Below the pieces are notes generated by a model that saw only the letters and a list, made by a program, of their open reading frames with translations, had not been told where the DNA came from and made no database searches. Shown here piece by piece: positions 1-9,409 of a DNA stretch of 41,211 bases. The DNA is taken from assembly GCA_018304385.1 (NCBI GenBank), contig JAGVWJ010000013.1, positions 1 to 41,211 of the forward strand, read 5' to 3'. Each line of letters opens with the position of its first letter. The stretch's first letter is position 1. Source of the stretch: Candidatus Micrarchaeota archaeon. Lineage in GTDB: Archaea > Micrarchaeota > Micrarchaeia > Anstonellales > Bilamarchaeaceae. The position numbers and the translations under genes were made by a program.

Positions 1-1
1 A

Positions 2-475
2 TACACTGCAACAGAAACAGCGCGCCTTACAAACTGTATTAAGAGTGAACAAAATTATGCTAATCAGCCATCAGAGACATATGATATATTAGCTAATGAT
101 AGCGGAAATGTTGGCGATCAACTAGCTGCTACAGCATATAGAAATGGTGAGCCAATGTCATTTGCAAATGTAAGTATAATCAGTCCGAAAGGTGAAGAGC
201 AGATGTTAACTGCTGATGAACACGGCGCAGTTGTTATACCACTTGAATTCATTGGAGATTACAAGCTTTCATTAATTAAAGAACCAGGCGTAGTTGTGAA
301 GAGCAAGACAGTTAAGGCAGTTTTAACCCTTGAAGATGTTAATGTAAAAGAAACAAAGGCTGGTTTTTCATTATCTCCATTGCATGTGTTATTTATTCCG
401 CTATTTCTAATAGTTGCATTATTGATTTATGGTTACTACAGAAATAGGAAAGAAGGCGAATTTTATAGATTATGA
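2..475 (+). CDS. 5'-truncated surface/membrane protein with C-terminal TM anchor
   Basis: The frame is open from the window edge (position 2) into ORF 155..475. It ends in a hydrophobic helix (LHVLFIPLFLIVALLIYGYY) followed by a basic tail. Confidence 0.7.
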   Translation, partial: YTATETARLTNCIKSEQNYANQPSETYDILANDSGNVGDQLAATAYRNGEPMSFANVSIISPKGEEQMLTADEHGAVVIPLEFIGDYKLSLIKEPGVVVKSKTVKAVLTLEDVNVKETKAGFSLSPLHVLFIPLFLIVALLIYGYYRNRKEGEFYRL

Positions 476-698
476 TTGTTAAAAAGAGAAAAGTATGTAA
501 GAAGTATTTTTATAAATTACAGACTATATTATTACTACTTTTGGTATAAAAAAAAGCTTTTCATAATCATCTATTTAAATAAAATAAAATAAAGTAAAGA
601 TTGGTGATTTAATGGTGGGCAAGCAGTTTGCATTACAAGTGGAAAGAAATGGTCAAGGTTTAAAAACCTTTCTAACCAAATTTAACAACGTGATAAAT

Positions 699-2283
699 AT
701 GAAATATTTTGTATTGTTCGTTTTGGCAGTATCTTTTTTAGCTAGTTTTGCTTTTGCAGCAGCACCTGCAGCTTCAAGCTGTGGAGGCAATGTTTTAACT
801 AAAGGTCAAACTGTTTCTCAAGGAGATTATAGCGTAAAACTAGTTGATGTTTATTCTGGGGATATGGGAAGTTTCCAGGTTCTTAAAAATGGACAACATC
901 TAACGTTTAAATCTGTTTATCCAGGACAAAGTGGAGTTTATAGCAGCAATGGTGAATCTGTTGCAATAGAGTTATGTAGTGCAAGCAATGCAGAGAACTG
1001 GGCTGATGTTAAACTAACATTTAGTATAGTTACAGCAGCACCAGCCCCAACTCCAGCACCACAACCAGCACCAAGCCCAGTACCTGCTCCTAGTCCAGCA
1101 CCAGAACCAACACCAGTTCCTGCTCCAGCACCAGCTCCAAGTCCAGCACCAACAGTTCCAGCATGTAGTGCACCTTCTTTAGATGGCGCAGGTTACAGCT
1201 CAAAATGGAAATCATGTTACATTTTTAACTGCTACATTAGGAACAACACATACAGTTTCTAACAATGGGAATAGCCTACAAGTAAATGTTTGTGAAGCAG
1301 ATTCAACTGCAAGAACAGCAAAAGGAACAGTAAGTGTAACCTTAGCAACTCCAGCACCAACTCCAGCTCCTATTCCAGTTCCAGCTTCAACATGTGGCGG
1401 TACAGTCTTAACCCCAAGTGCTTATGTTGATCTTGGTAATGATGTTAGATTATTATTAGTTAACGTATATTCTAACGATTATCTAAGTTTGCAATTGAAA
1501 TACAGAGGACAGCACGCAGGATTTTTATATCTAAAAGTAGGGCAATCAGCTGAAAAAACAATAGGCACAGATGCAGGTGATTTAAGAGTAAATGTAAATG
1601 TTTGCAGCGGTGGAACATCAGCACGTAATGCAGAGGTTTTGGTAAGCTTAAACTCAGTGACTCCAATTCCAGCACCACAACCAGCACCAGCTCCTAGTCC
1701 ACTTCCAAATGTAACAACGCCAACAACCCCAGCTCCAGGTCCATTAGGTGGCACAGTAAATGCTGATACAGTATTACCTACCAGTCCACTAGTAGAACCA
1801 TTACCACCATTATTTCCAGAGCCACAGCAACTTGTGTATACATTAAATATGCGCAGGGGATGGAATTTATTTTCAGTTCCATTTGGTTTAAATATAAACA
1901 GCGCAACAACAACTTGTGCATTCTATCCAAGCAATATATTTGCATATTTGCCAGCAGCTCTTAATACAACCCGAGGTAGCTATGAACATCCAAGCTCTTT
2001 AGGGGTTGGAAAAGGTTATTGGTTTAGAACATATAATGCATGTACAGTTACACTAAGCGGAGAGCCTGAAGAGGAATTCCAATTAAGTCTAAATGCAGGT
2101 TGGAATACAATAAGCGTTCCAAGAAGCGTTGCATTATCAGACTTAGAAAGCGATTGTAATATTGTAAGAGGACCTTATGAATACGATAACGCAGCAAGGA
2201 GATGGAATAAGGCAGAATCTCTAGAACCATTAAAAGGGTACTTTGTAAAGGTAAGCGGAGCTTGTACATTAAGCAATGAATAA
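699..2283 (+). pseudogene. Modular secreted surface protein, copy 1 (signal peptide, 3 Cys-bracketed beta modules, Pro/Ala linkers, C-terminal GWN-repeat domain), frameshifted
   Basis: ORFs 612..1262 and 1183..2283 are halves of one protein. The signal peptide starts at ATG 699 (MKYFVLFVLAVSFLASFAFA). There is a +1 frame change near 1183-1203. Modules have the form C-G-G-x-V-L...V-C-S. The C-terminus has LNMRRGWNLFSVP and LSLNAGWNTISVP repeats. Confidence 0.65.
1105..1203 (+). repeat. 99-bp exact direct repeat, copy 1 (partner 2722-2820)
   Basis: aaccaacaccagttcc...ggcgcaggttacagctcaa is identical at both positions by eye alignment. Confidence 0.85.
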
Positions 2284-2327
2284 TTTTTATTTTTTTTATT
2301 TTATACAAAGTTGGGGGGTTTGGTAAA

Positions 2328-4006
2328 ATGAATGCTATAAAACTTGGTTTATTTTTATTTCTTTTTTTAGCTAGTTTTGCTTTTGCAGCAGCACCTGCAG
2401 CATCTAGCTGTGGAGGCAGTGTATTAAGTGCAAGTCAAAGTACTTCACAAGGAGAATATTCTATACAATTATTTAAGGTTTATTCTGGTAATTTAGCTTC
2501 TTTTAATATTGTTAAGAATGGGCAGAGTGGATTGTTAGCTATTTCTCCAGGTCAAACAAAAACATCTACGGTTTACCCAGATGTAACTATCCAAGTATGC
2601 AGTGCAAGTAATATTGATAATCCAGCATGGGCAGATTTTAAAGTAACTGTGAATGCTCCAGCCCCAAGTCCTTCACCAGCTCCAGAGCCAGCTCCAGCCC
2701 CAAGTCCAGCACCAGAACCATAACCAACACCAGTTCCTGCTCCAGCACCAGCTCCAAGTCCAGCACCAACAGTTCCAGCATGTAGTGCACCTTCTTTAGA
2801 TGGCGCAGGTTACAGCTCAATGCAGGAAGCAGACCTGTTTTAAAAATATTAAAGAATGGTGTATTTGTTACATTTTTAACTGCTACATTAGGAACAACAT
2901 ATACAGTATCTAATGATAGAACAGGTGGAGATAGTCTACAAATAAATGTCTGTGAAGCAGATTCAACTGCAAGAACAGCAAAAGGAACAGTAAGTGTAAG
3001 CTTAGCAACTCCTCCAGCACCGATTCCAGAACCTCCAGTAGAAGTACCACCTACTCCAGAACCTGAACCAGTTCCAGAACCAACTCCAGTTCCAATACCA
3101 ACAGCATGTGGTGGCACAGTCTTAACACCAGGCGCTTATGTTGATCTTGGTAATAATGTTAGGCTAGTATTAGTTAACGTATATTCTAACGATTATGTTA
3201 GCCTACAGGTAAAGTACAATGGAGAACATAAAGAATTTTTATATCTAAAGGTAGGACAATCAGCTGAAAAAACAATAAGCACAGATGCAGGTGATTTAAG
3301 AGTAAGTGCAAATGTTTGCAGCGGTGGAACATCAGCACGCAATGCAGAAGTTTTGGCAAGTGTAAGCTTAATTCCTGTACCAGAACCAGCTCCAGAACCA
3401 GAGCCACCAGTTCTACCCGAGGAAGATGAACCAGAAGTTCCTGAAAATCCAGAGATTGAGCCAGAAGTCCCAGAACCAACCCCAGAGACATGTTCTGAGG
3501 TGCTTAATATAGGTGGCACTCCGTTAATCATCGAGGATATTGATATAACTGCACTAAATTTGCCTGATGTTATATTTGCAGATGGGCATATAGAAACTGG
3601 ATCAAAGGTTGAAATCTTAATACAAAGAAGTGGCTCAGGTTTTCATCTAATGCTTAGTGAAGGAGACGAGGAACAAAAAGGTTTTATAGTTGATAGTGAT
3701 GGCGATGGCAATAATGATCAAGTAATAAGAGTTAGGCTAAGAGTATGCGACATAAATGCTGAAGAAAACACAGTAAGTGTAGATGCAGAAGTTACGCACG
3801 TTGCGTATGCAGCGATAGTTAGAGCTCAAAATACAGAAAACATAGCTAAGGTTTTATTACGTTATAGTAGTAGCATACCTAGCTACTTGGGATTAGCAAG
3901 TGGCAATATCAATGAGCTATCTCCTTTGTTCAAAGGCAAACCAACTAACGTAACCAAAAAAATTCCAAAGCCATTAATGCCATTATGGTATTATGAACAG
4001 CAATAG
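2328..4006 (+). pseudogene. Modular secreted surface protein, copy 2 (paralog of 699..2283 with a different acidic C-terminal domain), in-frame stop plus frameshift
   Basis: The signal peptide and module 1 lie in 2328..2723, followed by TAA at 2721-2723. Another frame is open from 2786 to 4006. It has no start codon until TTG 3353 and encodes modules 2 and 3, homologous to copy 1, running into ORF 3353..4006. Confidence 0.65.
2722..2820 (+). repeat. 99-bp exact direct repeat, copy 2 (partner 1105-1203)
   Basis: Identical to 1105-1203. Confidence 0.85.
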
Positions 4007-4049
4007 GTTGAAGGCCAATCTATTTATTTCTTCTTTCTTTATTTAACTT

Positions 4050-5009
4050 ATGAACTATCCTATTTTACTCTATCGCGGCGAGCAGTTTAATGCTAATTTT
4101 TACTATTTTGCGAAATTAGATATTGACCACGCTTTTTTACTAATAGATAAGGATACAAGAACGCTTTTTGTTCCAAAACTTAACGAATCGCTAGCTCGCG
4201 AGCAATTTGATGGTAAAGTAATTGTTTATGAAAATGCAATTGAAACGCTTAAAAAAGAATTAAAAGGAAGGGTTTTTGTTGATGGCGCAGCAATAAGCAT
4301 GCGCTTATTTGAAAAATTAAGTAAATTTTGTAAACCGATTGATGCGAGTGAGAAGTTTGCAGCACAACGAGCAGTTAAAAATAAAGAAGAAATATCAAAG
4401 ATAGCTCGTGCGGCGAAAATAACAAAAGAAATATTCAATTCAATTGATTTTTCTAAAATGAGAACTGAGCTGGATGTAAAACGATTTTTGCTTAGGGAAA
4501 CTTTAGACCTAGATGTAGAGCCTGCATTTGAGCCAATAGTTGCAACTGATAGAAATGCTAGCTTTCCGCATTATCGAGCCAGCAATGTGAAGCTTGGCAA
4601 TATGGTACTTATTGATTATGCAGTTAAGTATCAGTATTATTGCGCTGATTTAACCAGGTGTTTTTTCCTGAAGAATTCAGAAGAGAATAAAGAACTAGAG
4701 GGAAATTACAATTCACTAATTGAAATAACAAACAAGATAGTTGCGAATTTAAGACGCTTTAAAACTGGAAAAGATGTTGCGCTTTACAGCGAGAAACTAA
4801 TCAAAGAATATAAATTTCCACCGATGATTCATAGTATAGGGCACGGTGTTGGTTTAGAAGTCCATGAAGCGCCGCGTTTAGGAAAAAAATCAAAGGATAA
4901 ACTAGCGAATGCAGCGCTTGCTATTGAGCCAGCAGTTTATTTTAAAGAATACGGACTACGTTACGAGGAAACTATCTATATCTCAAAGAACGAAGTAAAG
5001 ATCCTATAA
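4050..5009 (+). CDS. Xaa-Pro peptidase family protein (M24, aminopeptidase P/prolidase-like)
   Basis: Metal-ligand motifs IDYA...ADLTR, HSIGHGVGLEVHEAP, IEPAVY, GLRYEET. Confidence 0.92.
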   Translation: MNYPILLYRGEQFNANFYYFAKLDIDHAFLLIDKDTRTLFVPKLNESLAREQFDGKVIVYENAIETLKKELKGRVFVDGAAISMRLFEKLSKFCKPIDASEKFAAQRAVKNKEEISKIARAAKITKEIFNSIDFSKMRTELDVKRFLLRETLDLDVEPAFEPIVATDRNASFPHYRASNVKLGNMVLIDYAVKYQYYCADLTRCFFLKNSEENKELEGNYNSLIEITNKIVANLRRFKTGKDVALYSEKLIKEYKFPPMIHSIGHGVGLEVHEAPRLGKKSKDKLANAALAIEPAVYFKEYGLRYEETIYISKNEVKIL

Positions 5010-6219
5010 GTGCAAGATTCTCAATCCCAAAAAATACAACTTCGCCAACCATAGATGTTCTAAAGCCATAGTCACTGTGTGCTATATCAAAATCTGCCCT
5101 ATAAGAAGAGAGATCAACAGTATCCAGATCTCTACCTTCTTGCTTTGCTAATTCAATCTCTGCTAGTAATGTTATTGCCCTTCTAAAATGGCAGACAAAA
5201 GAAAAATCAGATGTGTACATATATCTTAAAACATCTGCGAAATCACGGTTAAGTTCATTAGCAACATACCTAATTGTGTTTCTTTGCTCTAATGTAAGTT
5301 GATAGCCTAATAATTCTGCAAAAGCAGCTAACTCTAACAAATGCCCTGCAAGAAATATCAATTTTGCAGGATTGATAAGTCCTAGTTCTATTGCCATTTC
5401 AATATTTGGGCATCTGTTTTCATTAGAATCATGTATCATAGCGCCAATAAATTGAAGTAGTGCTAGTTGTCTATCTAATAATTCTTGTGCTTCATCTAGA
5501 AGATGTGTCATAGCCGGGATTTTAGCAGCTGCAGCACAAAGACCTTCTGTTAGATGAAATGCGCTGCATACACTGGGTTCTTCTGATGCATCGGAATGCG
5601 CTATTAAACCAAGTTCTATTAATTGCTTAACAGTCAGCTTATGCTCATTTACCATGAAAGTAAGATCCGGATCTAGTTGCAAATACGCAACAGCAAACAT
5701 AAAATGACCCAGATCCTGGTAGCCTATACGGTCTATATGAATTTTTCTGCTAGCCATTGCTAGATCTGTTAGTGTAGTTTCCCCATCAGATAATAATTGC
5801 TCAGGTCTGATTCCTCCCATAAGTGCATAAGTGAATGTTTGAAAAGGATGAAAATCAGTTGTATGGCCATCTTGTTGAGGTAAGCTAGTGCAACCATTTC
5901 TCTCTGTTCTACAATAACGAATTAATTCTCTTAACCCAGTACTAGAATCAGAAGTAAAATCCCCAAAACCATTGACAACATGACATGTTAATGAAAGATT
6001 CCGTTCACGTAGAAATCCTGCAACATGCCTTGATGTTGCATTAGTAACTAAACTTGCGCAATCAAATGCAGCAGGTACATCTAAACATATTTCTCCCTCT
6101 CTCATCTTATCCTTAAATCTACGTACGCCTCTTTGCATTTGCGGAGACATGCTATATTTTCTAGTTGGGTCAAATCTCTTTGCTAATAACATATGAATCA
6201 CACTAACCAGATAAAACAT
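4972..6219 (-). CDS. Hypothetical alpha-helical protein (415 aa; start uncertain)
   Basis: Long ORF with no recognised motif. It overlaps the 3' end of the convergent peptidase by 38 nt. Confidence 0.7.
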   Translation of the reverse strand: MFYLVSVIHMLLAKRFDPTRKYSMSPQMQRGVRRFKDKMREGEICLDVPAAFDCASLVTNATSRHVAGFLRERNLSLTCHVVNGFGDFTSDSSTGLRELIRYCRTERNGCTSLPQQDGHTTDFHPFQTFTYALMGGIRPEQLLSDGETTLTDLAMASRKIHIDRIGYQDLGHFMFAVAYLQLDPDLTFMVNEHKLTVKQLIELGLIAHSDASEEPSVCSAFHLTEGLCAAAAKIPAMTHLLDEAQELLDRQLALLQFIGAMIHDSNENRCPNIEMAIELGLINPAKLIFLAGHLLELAAFAELLGYQLTLEQRNTIRYVANELNRDFADVLRYMYTSDFSFVCHFRRAITLLAEIELAKQEGRDLDTVDLSSYRADFDIAHSDYGFRTSMVGEVVFFGIENLALIGSLLRSLRYR

Positions 6220-6296
6220 ATTATTTATGTGGGAGAAAGTATTTAAATAGATGTTTCAGTTAATACCTTTTTAAAGCTTGTTTTCTAAACCAATAT

Positions 6297-6941
6297 ATGA
6301 AAATATTAGTTTTGACATTAGCAATAATGATTTTGTTTTTTGGCTGTTTAGGTGGAGAACAGAAGAAAACAGAAAGTACTGTAGAACCACCAAAAAATGA
6401 TAGCGCTGTTGTGCCTTCGCCACCTCCTTCATACAAACCTAATGATACTCCTGCGCCTCAGCCTGTTGATAAAAATCCTTTTAAGTCTAAGTATGAGGGT
6501 TATAGCTATTATTCCTCTCCTATGTTTTTAATATACTTTCCTGAAGGTTGGGGAATAGATGATAGCCAAAGCGGTATATTTGAGTTTTTTGCTCCGCTGG
6601 AAGATGATAACGATAGAATATCTGAAGATTTTGTTGTAGAAATCTGGGAAGGAAATGAAACAACAGCAGAAGAGTTCGAATCATTTGAGAAACAATTGTT
6701 AAAGCCAGAGGATGTTATCAAGAAGAAAGAAAGTATTCAATACAAGGATAGAGACGCATTCACGATGGAAATAGAAGGTAAGATTCATGATGGCCCTGAG
6801 CCAATGTTCTTCAAAACAATTTTCTTCAGAAATGGGAAATTTATATATAGACTTCATTATGCAATTGAGAAAAGTAAATTAGATAAATACCAGCCAATTA
6901 TGGAAACAATTTTAGATAGATTTAAGATTGGATCAGGATGA
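6297..6941 (+). CDS. Lipoprotein-like secreted protein with PsbP/DcrB-like domain
   Basis: N-terminal hydrophobic segment ending FFGC, Pro-rich linker, and FLIYFPEGW motif typical of PsbP-like folds. Confidence 0.7.
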   Translation: MKILVLTLAIMILFFGCLGGEQKKTESTVEPPKNDSAVVPSPPPSYKPNDTPAPQPVDKNPFKSKYEGYSYYSSPMFLIYFPEGWGIDDSQSGIFEFFAPLEDDNDRISEDFVVEIWEGNETTAEEFESFEKQLLKPEDVIKKKESIQYKDRDAFTMEIEGKIHDGPEPMFFKTIFFRNGKFIYRLHYAIEKSKLDKYQPIMETILDRFKIGSG

Positions 6942-6970
6942 AGAATATCGATTTTAAGCAGTCCTATCTT

Positions 6971-7909
6971 TCATCCCAATTTTTTAAATGCCAAGGCAAA
7001 ACAAACTACCCCTCCCACATCTTCCCCTATTGCGTTTATTCCTATTCTATCAAATATCCTAAATCTTCTATCAACTAAAGCGATGACATCTTGTGGATCT
7101 CTTATCCTTTTTTCAAGTAAAGGTGCAGCAAATTCAACATGTTCTCTAAGGGCATCCCACGATTGACCGAAATAACCAAGTACCTGCCCCAAGCGATTTG
7201 GATTTTCATAACCTAAACGTAATGTAAGTATAGCATGAAGACCCATGGATAGTGGCGGAATCGATTCTCTCCAAAAAGTTCGATATCTAATAAGGGTTTG
7301 CTCATCGCATTCTGCAATAGGGCCAAAATCAGGAAACTCTAAAGATCCTTCTTCTAAAAATAGTTTTCTAATTTGCAGTTCAAATCCCCTACATCTCCAT
7401 AACCATTCCTCTCTGGAGGCGGTCGCAATATTTTGAAAAGCTAGATTAATAAGTTCAAATAACCTTTCATCAAATTTCATTTCAATGATTAATGGAGAAT
7501 CAGAATGATGGCATACAAAAATAAATACTTCATCTGGTTTTAGGATATCTGCTATATTATTAGTAGCAATAGTTATATCTCCATATTCCAATGAAAAGGC
7601 AGCAATGGCAGAAAGTTCCTTAGCTGACTTTCTTATGTTCGGAAAAGGTTGTTCAAAATCAGCAACTACAAGTGGGACGGCTGGATTTTCTACATTTGCA
7701 ATATCTAGAGTTACAAATGTTCTTTTCCTATTTGCTAATAAATGAACTAGGTGTCCCTTACCGCCACCAATAAGTGCAACATGCGAATCTTTTGGCAAAC
7801 ATTTTTCAAAAAATTCTAGTAATGGAGGGAAGCTCCTAAAGGGGAATATTGTTGTTTCCGCTCTTGGTAAACTCTTCCATGCCTTTTTAGCTTCTGCCCG
7901 CTGTCTCAT
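6971..7909 (-). CDS. Class I SAM-dependent methyltransferase-like protein
   Basis: Motifs VALIGGGKGHL (motif I), VTLDIA, VVADFEQPFP, ILKPDEVFIF. The start was moved from GTG 7987 to ATG 7909 because the first codons of the track ORF overlap the last tRNA exon. Confidence 0.65.
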   Translation of the reverse strand: MRQRAEAKKAWKSLPRAETTIFPFRSFPPLLEFFEKCLPKDSHVALIGGGKGHLVHLLANRKRTFVTLDIANVENPAVPLVVADFEQPFPNIRKSAKELSAIAAFSLEYGDITIATNNIADILKPDEVFIFVCHHSDSPLIIEMKFDERLFELINLAFQNIATASREEWLWRCRGFELQIRKLFLEEGSLEFPDFGPIAECDEQTLIRYRTFWRESIPPLSMGLHAILTLRLGYENPNRLGQVLGYFGQSWDALREHVEFAAPLLEKRIRDPQDVIALVDRRFRIFDRIGINAIGEDVGGVVCFALAFKKLG

Positions 7910-7963
7910 AGGTAATATATTTACACCATTAGACTTAAAAAGTAACCATTTCGTAAACAAAAT

Positions 7964-8305
7964 TGCAGGGGACAAGATCTGTTCCACTGAATCCTTTTTA
8001 GAATCTAATGATCCTCTTATGTTAAAAAGGATTCATCCAAAAACGATGTTAAAATAATTATCGTTTAAAACCCTCACCGTTTCTTTGGGGGTGAAGGCCT
8101 CAGCCCCTTTTTTCTAAAGAAAGGGGCTATGGCTTGAACTTGTGTAGGCACTAAGCCACGGGATATCTTATAACTGCACTTACTCGCAGTTTTTGGAGTT
8201 ACCTTTTTTCCTAAAAAGGTAACAACTTAAGTCCCGCGCATTTGAACCACGCTCCATCCGTAAATGTGTCGTCTGTCGCGTGTTTGACCGCTCTGCCACC
8301 CCTGC
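7964..8305 (-). tRNA. tRNA-Leu(UAA) with three introns (D-loop, 37/38, T-loop 58/59)
   Basis: Exons are 8305-8284, 8241-8226, 8164-8134 and 7978-7964. They splice to GCAGGGGTGGCAGAGCGGTCAAATGCGCGGGACTTAAGATCCCGTGGCTTAGTGCCTACACAAGTTCAAATCTTGTCCCCTGCA. Acceptor stem GCAGGGG/CCCCTGC, anticodon stem CGGGA/TCCCG, T stem ACAAG/CTTGT, long variable arm. Intron 2 has a canonical BHB (CTTA/TAAG central helix). Confidence 0.9.
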
Positions 8306-8439
8306 GTCCCGCCTTTTAGGTAAAAGGCGGCCCAAAACTGTTTCGTTAATAAATACTAACGACACAGTTAGAAATAAAATTAGAACCCAACTTTTTAAAA
8401 ATAGGAGGCCCATTGCCCAAGGCTCATTGTTCATGATAG

Positions 8440-9180
8440 CTAACCATACATTCCCGTATCACTAGAACCAGTTTTCTTCGGAGTCTTTGATTTTATCATT
8501 GTTTCCTTTAATGTTTCTGCTAGTTCTTTTGCATCTTTCTCCAAGCTAGTAGTGTTTATCTGAACACCTAAGAGACTAGATAATACTTTCAATGCATTAC
8601 CAGCTGCATGAGGGTCTAAATAATCCTGCGATGCCTCTGCCAATATAGAAAGCACTGGAAAACCTTCTAGCATGCCTTTTGAAAGTAGCAAACCAGTAAC
8701 GCCAGTTGTCGCTCCTTCGCGAATGGGTTTTGCAAGTTTTTTACTAACAATATTCTTCACTAATTTTTGATCGCTCGAAACTACATAAACTGCATCCTGT
8801 TCTTCTTTTAGTGAAATACCACCCAGTGATATAATTAAGCCTGCGTCTAATGTTTTTGAAAAATGAAAGAGCTTATCTGCCAGTTCCATAGAAGAATTAA
8901 TAGGAATAGACATCTCAGATAGAATAACTACTACATTGTACTTAGCGGAATAATGGATTCTTGCAGGTGGTAATGGTTTATAATCATGTATTGCTGCTAA
9001 TGGTGCAAACGCAGCGCTCGTAATATATCCTATAAATTCCAAACCAAGCACATCAACAAGCTGTGATGCTGCAACGCTACCTACTAGCCCAGTGCCAGGA
9101 AAGCCAATAACAACAGTTGGTTTTTTCCATTTAATCTCTGGTATCTCTGATAATTTATGTATTTCAATAGAATCTGCCAT
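8440..9180 (-). CDS. Proteasome assembly chaperone (PAC2 family)
   Basis: Motifs VVIGFPGTGLVGSVAASQLV, GATTGVTGLLL, DPHAA. Confidence 0.9.
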   Translation of the reverse strand: MADSIEIHKLSEIPEIKWKKPTVVIGFPGTGLVGSVAASQLVDVLGLEFIGYITSAAFAPLAAIHDYKPLPPARIHYSAKYNVVVILSEMSIPINSSMELADKLFHFSKTLDAGLIISLGGISLKEEQDAVYVVSSDQKLVKNIVSKKLAKPIREGATTGVTGLLLSKGMLEGFPVLSILAEASQDYLDPHAAGNALKVLSSLLGVQINTTSLEKDAKELAETLKETMIKSKTPKKTGSSDTGMYG

Positions 9181-9233
9181 AAAATAGTTGAGTAAAGAAA
9201 CATTTTTATAGGCATACTAGCTAATCTATATTT

Positions 9234-9401
9234 ATGTCGGCTCAAAGTGGAAGCGTAAGAATGCCAATGACAAGTGCAGGCATAATAGGCGTAGGTTCAG
9301 ATGTAGAAATAGAAGGGATTAAAGTAGACCCACGTGCCATAATAGTTGCAACGCTAATTGTTGTAGGTTTGGTAAAAGTAGCTGGCATTTTTGTTAAGTA
9401 A
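9234..9401 (+). CDS. secG: Preprotein translocase subunit Sec61-beta (55 aa, absent from ORF track)
   Basis: MSAQSGSVRMPMTSAGIIGVGSDVEIEGIKVDPRAIIVATLIVVGLVKVAGIFVK has the P-x-T-S-A-G-I and I-K-V-D-P signature plus one TM helix. Confidence 0.85.
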   Translation: MSAQSGSVRMPMTSAGIIGVGSDVEIEGIKVDPRAIIVATLIVVGLVKVAGIFVK

Positions 9402-9409
9402 TAATATTT

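Noticed and set aside
603-698. Strong SD (ggtga) and ATG 612 for surface protein copy 1
   Set aside because: The signal peptide starts at 699, matching the paralog, and a TATA-like tract lies at about 655-670. ATG 612 is unlikely to be the true start.
1170-1190. CTT CTT TAG resembling a prfB-like programmed +1 frameshift site
   Set aside because: The CTT-TAG is not in the upstream reading frame, and the two copies need different shifts (+1 and -1).
1472-3531. Several minus-strand ORFs rich in G/A/V/L
   Set aside because: Antisense to CCA-rich Pro/Ala linkers of the surface proteins.
7910-7987. N-terminal extension MEQILSPA of the methyltransferase ORF
   Set aside because: It is encoded by the last tRNA exon and intron end. 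ATG 7909 is the more plausible start.
8180-8465. 84-aa and 61-aa ORFs
   Set aside because: They overlap the tRNA-Leu exons, introns and leader.
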